59,520 nt of DNA. It comes from Anaerolineae bacterium. Lineage in GTDB: Bacteria > Chloroflexota > Anaerolineae > B4-G1 > SLSP01. Positions 56,101-59,520 of this stretch are shown here, in pieces. The DNA lies in NCBI GenBank assembly GCA_034433375.1, contig DAOUAQ010000203.1, positions 1-59,520 of the forward strand, in the 5' to 3' direction. Position numbers and translations under genes: made by a program. Under the pieces are notes generated by a model. The model was not told where the DNA came from, did no database searches, and saw only the letters and a program-made list of their open reading frames with translations. Numbering within the stretch: position 1 is the first letter of the stretch; every line of letters starts with the position of its first letter.

Positions 56101-57807
56101 GACTACTACGCGGGTCTGCTGCCGCTGCCCTGGCGCGGGCGGGAATTGTACCTGCCGCAGGTGGGCATCGGGCGTCTGGTGGAAGCGCCGGAAGACATCA
56201 TCGCGGCGCTGGATGCGTTTGTGGCGCAGCCGGTGCTGCAACCGGCGGACGCTTTTGTCACCGGCTATGACTTCTTGATTGACGAGGCGCATGTTATCAG
56301 CGCCACGCTCGCCGCGCAGGGCATCGCGCAGATGACGACGCTCATCAGCGACACGTGGACGACGAACGACGTGCGCGCGCACTACATCAGCGTGACGGCG
56401 GCCAGCGCGTTGAACTCACTCAACGCGCACTTCACCCACTACGGCCTCATCCCGCCCACTTATCCGCCTATGCCGTCGCTGGAGGACCTCTACGTGCTGG
56501 CCTCCGAGCTGACGGCAACGACCGATTACAGCGGCACGCTGCACTTCTCGGTGGGCTGCCACTCCGGGTTGAACGTCCCGGACGCGGATGCGCCCTCGGT
56601 GGAAGAGGCGACGGACTGGCCGCAGGCGTTGCTGCGGCGCGGCGCGATGTTCATCGGCAACACGGGCTACGGCTACGGCGATTCGGACCTCATCGCTTAC
56701 TCGGAGCGGCTGATGACGGGCTTCGCGGAACGTCTGGGTATCTGGGAAGACGGGCAGTCGCCCACCGTCGGCTACGCGCTGATGCGCGCGAAGCAGGGGT
56801 ACTACAACAGCTTCAGCGCCGGCGCGTTCAGCAACTACGACGAAAAAGTTCTGGCGGAGATGACGCTGTACGGCTTGCCGATGCTGCGCATCCACATGCC
56901 GCAGACAACGACGCTCACCACGCGCACGGCGCAGCCGGCGTCGCTGCCGGATGGCGGAACCGTCGTCACCACGGCGCATCACCTCTCGCTTGACTACGTG
57001 GAACACGTCACGCCGCAGGGGACGTATTATACCGTCGCCGGCGAGGGTGACGCGCACATCGCCGGCGGGCGTCCCATCGCGCCGCGCGTCAGTGCGGACG
57101 TGCAAATCCCCGGCGCGATTGCTCACGGCGCGCTGCTCGTCGGCGGGACGTTCACCGATATGGCCGACTTCGATCCCGTGGTGTCGCGCATCGTGACCGA
57201 ATCCACCTATATCGAGACCGAGCCGGACTTTCCGAGCGCGGCGTGGGAACCGGCGCAGCTCAGCGCGATCAACCGCTTCCTCTCCATCGAGGGCAAAGCC
57301 TATGCCAGCCTGGTGCTCGTGCCGGGCCAGTTCCGCGCCACCACGACCGACCTGCCGACCACCGGCATCGCGCGGCTCTACACCGACCTGCGCTTCGAGG
57401 TCTACCACGCGCCCTTCACCGTCACGGACTTCATCGCGCCGAGCATCCACCACGTGCGCGCTATCAGCAGCACGGAATCCCTGCGCTTTGAGATTTGGCT
57501 GGACGACGACGCCGACACGCCCGAAGACACGGGCGAAGTCGCGCGCGTCGTCGTGCTGTACCGCCATCTCGACCAAACCACCTGGGCGAAGGCCGAACTG
57601 ACCTACCTGGGCAAGAACGCCGCCGGTATCGGCATCGCCGCAGGCGCGGTTGCTCCCATCACCGCGCCCATCGAGTACTTCGTGCAGGCCGTGGACGATA
57701 GCGGCAACGTCATCCTGGCGTTGGATCACGGGATGCCTTTCACCGAGGTGGAGAGTGTGGAGGTTGGGCATACAATTTACTTGCCGTTGGTGTTGAAAAA
57801 CCAGTAG
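47116..57807 (+). CDS. Giant (3563 aa) secreted multi-domain protein
   Basis: Domain order: signal/anchor, Ig-like domain, 7 FG-GAP/VCBS repeats, three right-handed beta-helix cassettes, 2 PKD, PPC domain, C25-like cysteine peptidase.
- RBS AAGGAGG and N-terminal hydrophobic anchor.
- Seven ALGD(L/V/M)D(N/G)DGDLD repeats (about 47590..48640).
- Beta-helix cassettes at 48639..49885, 49884..51190 and 51190..54510. The third starts with NGNCTLREAI (CSLREA-like) and carries GGG(V/I/L)(Y/H)V-type repeats.
- PKD motifs DGSVSYDPDG and WDFGDG.
- PPC motif DTDWYKF..DFDLLLF..YYYVAVYG.
- C25-like motifs LVLVGDDRIIP, FTHYG, VGCHSG. Confidence 0.85.
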   Translation: MNGRRLNPKWSVVVLSVVVSVGLLWLLLATLKGTPAARAIAAPDAPLAPIRTGVVPEPNSHYAPRNAPVTINFDEAIDVETVNVNTFAVFGSQSPRVTGAYSLSNLLRSVTLHPARLYFPGELIHASVTTGMQNITGEQVISSTVWQFRAAVEGGYGFFAAGMLVSPTLAHDTALGDLDNDGDLDVLLINSSPDSLLVRNDGGSSLMPYQSLSLISGSATAGALGDLDGDGALDALIAKTEGAEVWLNLGNGVLTPTQDFGGYYGYDVALGDVDGDADLDALIVYSFGAQVWFNQGGRQGGAAGTFVDGLLFSGSMAPTAAALGDVDNDGDLDAFIVLASGPGDEVWLNDGLGDFSLTAQALDFMDSQDVALGDLDGDGDLDAFVVNDVNYGNTVWINQGGAQMGTPGWFSDSGQSLGYADSYAVALGDVDGDGDLDAVVANGGASQSADVVYFNNGAGYFTTERWLDDMLTGYGVALGDMDNDGDLDVFVANVGAPAQVWRNSPPTCFAQLASDPGVTYASLNADAIQQAVDAALSDDVVKIAGTCVGVSQRGGTWQTVYIVKPVTLRGGYAPGAWDTPDPTMGAFLDAQNGGRVVAITTPVAVTLENLDIANGDATGLGGGPYAYDGAGGGIYVVSATVTLRNNRIHNNVAGRNARSAGGGVYLYDSQATLEHNEISWNTAGMSTTMGVSGEGGGLAFSASDVTLIRNNIKDNYASSAGSGLGGGIYVEDGTLSGDGNLLSDNIASSDAQGWGGGILAGSGSSSMLVNTVLKGNTSGSTGYSHGAALLLEGATADLAHTTFVNNYGGDGSGVYAYGGSTINLTNTVMSDHTTAITVAVDSAATVVGVLWHNVVVPTNGDGAINVSHIITGDPAFAYDGYHLESTSAAINQGVDAGVLHDLDNESRPNDLIPDLGADEYYPRCWAQAVGAVTVTHASFGAQAVQAAVNDTAPGDLVKLAGNCVGVSYQDFSYQTAYITHPLTVRGGYTPTDWSVSSPFSYPTLLDANAGGRVVNVESVPATLENVCLRGGYILGHGGGIRANQGITLVNVQVEQSQAQDGGRGGGVWVLGDATMTNVALRGNISSWDGGGGYVSGTLTIAGCDISGNTAAWYGGGLAVQGSLVLNDCQIAGNSASDGGGLYLSDGGGMMTFARVLDNAASGGRGGGVYARQGLDVSRSRFINNSASIDGGGVYLEGNGYPGRFVNTIFSRNYATDDGSALYLLELDPTSRADLIHLTIADPMLRANSAIYVPTGTVYITNTIFANHNIELLVLGAASVFEDYNLFDADPLFGGTVNGGGHSLVGDPRFVDAGMDDFHLRAGSAAIDAGVDAGIAEDFDLLPRPSGPRPDIGAHEAQFASGVNTFDDDTIVNGNCTLREAIIAANTDAPADACPAGSGADTILLAEGVYPLSISGAMEDDARTGDLDVHGDLTILGAGPGLTFIHAGGLDRVLEVFGARVVISGVTLLGGDNVGDGGGIQSNGGADIELINVHIRSNQVSNDGGGLHVTGLLTLRDSAVYSNTALGHGGGMLVNGATTVTVFNTTFYGNQATSDKPGGAIYVGPDGNVTLVDSEVYANNAGGAYGGGLFNRGAMTITGSRIHHNNAGPGGGGIAADAGTLYIETTEIYSNTTPHNGGGVLNTGSSVLTLASSALYGNHADNFGGGLHNDSIAAVSDTPIYRNTAAWSGGGVYNLGDNANLSLIRSNLVNNTAQSGGGLYNYASASLTDLTMLGNHAITGGLGDAGMGGGVRNFAPGAITLTLVTFSQNDAAGDGGGLANAVGGTAFLEDTMFYSNTATAHGGGVYYESPATLAPTGYFTVSHNSANLGGGVYIFDGDFVFSQGLIYSNTATADGGGIYAEHGRVRMTGGVIRENAALSGSGGGVAVSQPTAAFIQTDGLLLANTAANGGGVFVSDGQAWLYGGSIRDNMAANNGGGLLVNRQTILDGGSIFSNTAAYGGGVYVGSAGVFTQTGVSYVVNNIATQAGGGVYAEGGVTVLEGGQVAMNTAPYGGGLYVNYGAATLRGTARINNNTALNNGGGVYVLASGAMFAQMGTSQIAHNRAPNTGSFGGGVYVDQGHALLIGGTVFSNTSSYGGGVHVSQGQAILAGGVIAENAAQDGGGVHVNYGTSVFTQTEGLIANNRATRHGGGIFVASGQIAIGGGQVSNNAAANNGGGVYVQFGGVTLYDGAIVSNTATNGGGVYVDLSLALWRQLGGTIAANTATSLGGGVLLNWAPGEMTGGAVLNNHALSGGGVYIGGNSSVFTQTGGILRANTADNGGGLYVNQGRATLLRTVLYANSALNGGGIYNNNNLELVNVTLSGNTATQNGGGVYNSGAVKATNVTLAHNQATTGGGVRNTNRVSVHNAIIANNNGGDCNGALISEGYNLSSDASCGLDGAGDLINTNPLLGLLLDNGGNTLTHALLPGSPALNAATCVNAPATDQRGFPRPDAGSGRCDIGAFEEQSFTNLPPVANAGPDRTANVRGTVTLDGSVSYDPDGHTPLTYQWAQTGGTAVTFNATISRTSFTAPATSGLLTFTLTVYDTLGLASVPDEVVVSVGGAPVAGLQAVNSSPTPLGQTTFFTASVTAGTNVLYEWDFGDGNGDSGQHVSHIYAVAGQYAATVRAFNASNSLVASTPVSITNNTRDSAQPIGSNTVLTSALISVNDTDWYKFLVPEPDSTITVTLSDLQADFDLLLFAPEIDEETGQLRDIGRLSNIGRLSNIGRLSNIGRLSNIGQLSNIGELLDLGRLSNIGRLSNIGRLSNIGRLSNIGRLSNIGTLVDISVYPLTATEQIIYNVHELAGYYYVAVYGQGDRTVGQPYTLAVNVTPPPYVNYPMTDTVEIDVTVPATDTAVNTLILYNTARLGQFYPAQQTLIADQLLPRLTPLAAHPQVNGVLVDLNSYPEIAAAYAKWDKHPDSPQHANFVAMHIKSLLYALSPAYPSLAYLVLVGDDRIIPHRRIRDDALVSNERTYEDAYFAPNIDTSLARRYVLSDDYYAGLLPLPWRGRELYLPQVGIGRLVEAPEDIIAALDAFVAQPVLQPADAFVTGYDFLIDEAHVISATLAAQGIAQMTTLISDTWTTNDVRAHYISVTAASALNSLNAHFTHYGLIPPTYPPMPSLEDLYVLASELTATTDYSGTLHFSVGCHSGLNVPDADAPSVEEATDWPQALLRRGAMFIGNTGYGYGDSDLIAYSERLMTGFAERLGIWEDGQSPTVGYALMRAKQGYYNSFSAGAFSNYDEKVLAEMTLYGLPMLRIHMPQTTTLTTRTAQPASLPDGGTVVTTAHHLSLDYVEHVTPQGTYYTVAGEGDAHIAGGRPIAPRVSADVQIPGAIAHGALLVGGTFTDMADFDPVVSRIVTESTYIETEPDFPSAAWEPAQLSAINRFLSIEGKAYASLVLVPGQFRATTTDLPTTGIARLYTDLRFEVYHAPFTVTDFIAPSIHHVRAISSTESLRFEIWLDDDADTPEDTGEVARVVVLYRHLDQTTWAKAELTYLGKNAAGIGIAAGAVAPITAPIEYFVQAVDDSGNVILALDHGMPFTEVESVEVGHTIYLPLVLKNQ
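55231..55464 (+). repeat. 13 tandem 18-bp units encoding the hexapeptide repeat (I/L)G(R/Q/E/T)L(S/L/V)(N/D) within the giant CDS
   Basis: TGQLRD IGRLSN x4 IGQLSN IGELLD LGRLSN IGRLSN x4 IGTLVD. Codons differ between units (Arg cgc/cgg/cgt/agg, Leu ctg/ttg/ctc, Ser agc/agt). Confidence 0.9.
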
Positions 57808-57880
57808 AAACGCAATGAAGATGTCTCGTTCATCTGACTTGAATTCGCTTCTGCGCATTGTTACTGAAAGGAGAAAATCT

Positions 57881-59520
57881 ATGTTCCGGCATCGGTTCGA
57901 TCGTCTGATCTGGCGTTGGCTCCACGTGAGCATTATTTGTAGTTTGTGCTTGTCTCCTTTTGCTTTTATTGCGCGGGCGACCCCGGCTCTTGCCGCGCCC
58001 GTGACCGGGAACGCGACCGCCCCGCTCCCGGCTTGGATGGCAGAAGAGACTCCGCCGCCTTCGGCTGATAGCGCGAGCGCGCCTGTTGCTGCGCCCGCGC
58101 CGCCCTGCCGCTTGCTGGATGACCCTGAAAAGCGGAGCCTGCTCTCCGGCGCGTTGGAGACGGCGCTGCTCCACGCTTGCGGGCGTGAAGAAACGGTGGA
58201 CGCAGCGGCGGCATCGTTCACGCCTGTCCCGCTGGCCCCTACCGCCCTGGGCGACGACGTGCTGGTGAACGACCCGGCCGGCGAGTACACCTCGATGACG
58301 CAGAGCGGCGCCGTCGTCGCCTATAATGAGGACAATGGCGTATTGTGCGCCGCCTACAACGACTCGTATCATGGCGTCGTACAAGGCACCGGCTTCACCG
58401 GTTTCAGCAGTTCCGGCGACGGCGGCGCGACGTGGAGCGATCACGGCTCGCTCAACACGTCCAACTCTTACGGCTACCCCTCGTTAGTCTGGCGGCGCGC
58501 CGACGGCCACTTCTACCTCGCCACCTTACATTCGAGTGGCCTGGGGTTGTGGAACCTGGGCGCGGGCTGCGATGCGGCGACCTGGGTGGGGATGATTGAC
58601 GGCGGCACGGATGATAAGGAGATGCTGGCGGTGGACAATAACCCATCCAGCCCCTACTACGGTCGCCTCTACGCCGTCTGGATGGATGCCGCCGACGGTC
58701 ACATCTACGCCGCACGCTCCGGCGACGGCGGGCAGAGCTGGTCCGCGCCGGTGGACGTGAGCGGCCACAATCGAGTCAACGGCGCGTGGCCCGCGGTGGA
58801 CCCCGTCACCGGCGACGTGTACGTGGCCTGGACGCACTGGGATACGTATCCCGACGGCCCGATTGATGTGGAGATGGCGCGCTCGACCGATGGCGGCGCG
58901 ACGTGGACGCCGCTCGCCAATCCGATGAGCGATCAGATCAATCCGCGCGATGCGACGGCGACGACATACTGTAGCCGTCCCGCGCTGAAGGGCAACATCC
59001 GCTACTACCCCTACCCGCAGATCGCCGTGGACCGTAACCGTGTCTTGCACGTCGTCTATTCCTATGACCCGGACGGCTACAACTACGGCGACGTGATCAA
59101 CGTCTATTACCGCCGCTCGCTCAACCAGGGTGTGACGTGGGAGACCCAAATCCGTGTGAATGACACCTGGACATGGACTGACCAGTTCTTCCCGGCGTTG
59201 GCGGTAGGCGAGACGGGCGTCGTCGGCGTCTTCTGGTATGATCGGCGGTTGGATTCGTCCAACGTGATGTACGACCGCTATATGGCACTCTCGCGCGACG
59301 GCGGCGCGACGTTCGAGGCCAACCGGCGCATCAGCGACGTCTCCTCGCCTGTGGTGCTCGATCCCGCCTTGGCGACCTGCTACCACGGCGACTACGACAG
59401 CGCAGCGGCCGGCGGCGGCTACTTCTACACCGTCTGGGGCGACGACCGGCGCGGCAACCCCGACGTCTGGTCGGACTCTGAGCCGTATTTCTGGGGGCGA
59501 CTGTACGGCACGATCTATGA
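57881..59520 (+). CDS. Secreted BNR/Asp-box repeat (sialidase-like beta-propeller) protein; C-terminal end beyond the window
   Basis: Not in the ORF track because it runs off the edge. ATG at 57881 follows AAAGGAG. Signal peptide MFRHRFDRLIWRWLHVSIICSLCLSPFAFIARATPALA. Asp-boxes SSGDGGATWS, SGDGGQSWS, STDGGATWT, SLNQGVTWE, SRDGGATFE. The frame is open to 59520. Confidence 0.75.
   Translation, partial: MFRHRFDRLIWRWLHVSIICSLCLSPFAFIARATPALAAPVTGNATAPLPAWMAEETPPPSADSASAPVAAPAPPCRLLDDPEKRSLLSGALETALLHACGREETVDAAAASFTPVPLAPTALGDDVLVNDPAGEYTSMTQSGAVVAYNEDNGVLCAAYNDSYHGVVQGTGFTGFSSSGDGGATWSDHGSLNTSNSYGYPSLVWRRADGHFYLATLHSSGLGLWNLGAGCDAATWVGMIDGGTDDKEMLAVDNNPSSPYYGRLYAVWMDAADGHIYAARSGDGGQSWSAPVDVSGHNRVNGAWPAVDPVTGDVYVAWTHWDTYPDGPIDVEMARSTDGGATWTPLANPMSDQINPRDATATTYCSRPALKGNIRYYPYPQIAVDRNRVLHVVYSYDPDGYNYGDVINVYYRRSLNQGVTWETQIRVNDTWTWTDQFFPALAVGETGVVGVFWYDRRLDSSNVMYDRYMALSRDGGATFEANRRISDVSSPVVLDPALATCYHGDYDSAAAGGGYFYTVWGDDRRGNPDVWSDSEPYFWGRLYGTIY

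Noticed and set aside
51631-58290. Very long minus-strand ORFs (51631..53121, 53155..53913, 53986..56382, 56416..58290) opposite the giant gene.
   Set aside because: These are stop-poor antisense frames of a GC-rich repetitive coding region. The proteins are Arg/Ala-rich and low-complexity with no motifs. The last one would also run across the giant gene stop and the BNR gene start, which have clear signals on the plus strand.

Overview
Visibly GC-rich bacterial chromosomal window. A Chloroflexota-like origin is only a guess from gene content. I found no rRNA, tRNA, CRISPR array, transposase or integrase.

Layout:
(1) 1..13280, all on the minus strand: one co-directional amino-sugar / cell-wall-sugar supra-operon. 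It holds a sugar kinase, PIG-L deacetylase, SIS deaminase, nucleotidyltransferase, ROK regulator, NamZ-like DUF1343 protein and an Opp/Dpp-type ABC transporter. Its substrate-binding protein gene runs off the left edge and is missing from the ORF track. Two consensus promoters in this block carry an identical 27-bp box.
(2) 13303..19620: envelope glycosylation genes (MaoC, GT4, epimerase, UPF0104, GT39-like) plus coaX.
(3) 19565..21668: a tight four-gene operon (internally duplicated hypothetical, CBS+ACT, phosphoesterase, cNMP-binding), followed by mscL.
(4) 23574..28582: a ydaO/yuaA-class (c-di-AMP) riboswitch with terminator, upstream of a cytoplasmic GH42-like glycosidase and two tandem DUF362 paralogs. 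This is my best candidate for an undescribed module.
(5) ftsH, rnc and clpC.
(6) A BMP-family ABC operon with an embedded NahK-like anomeric sugar kinase.
(7) vapBC and an RsmF-like methyltransferase.
(8) A 1338-aa tandem-cyclase/STAND/TPR protein, a 3563-aa secreted protein (FG-GAP propeller, three beta-helix cassettes, PKD, PPC, C25-like protease), and a BNR/Asp-box propeller gene that runs off the right edge and is also missing from the ORF track.

Across the window, intergenic spacers are filled with tandem 7-8 nt repeat arrays, reminiscent of cyanobacterial STRR. These often occur as inverted arms and once lie in-frame inside a gene. Many long ORFs in the track are antisense artefacts of the GC-rich coding strand. 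All family assignments come from motif recognition by eye, since no searches could be run.
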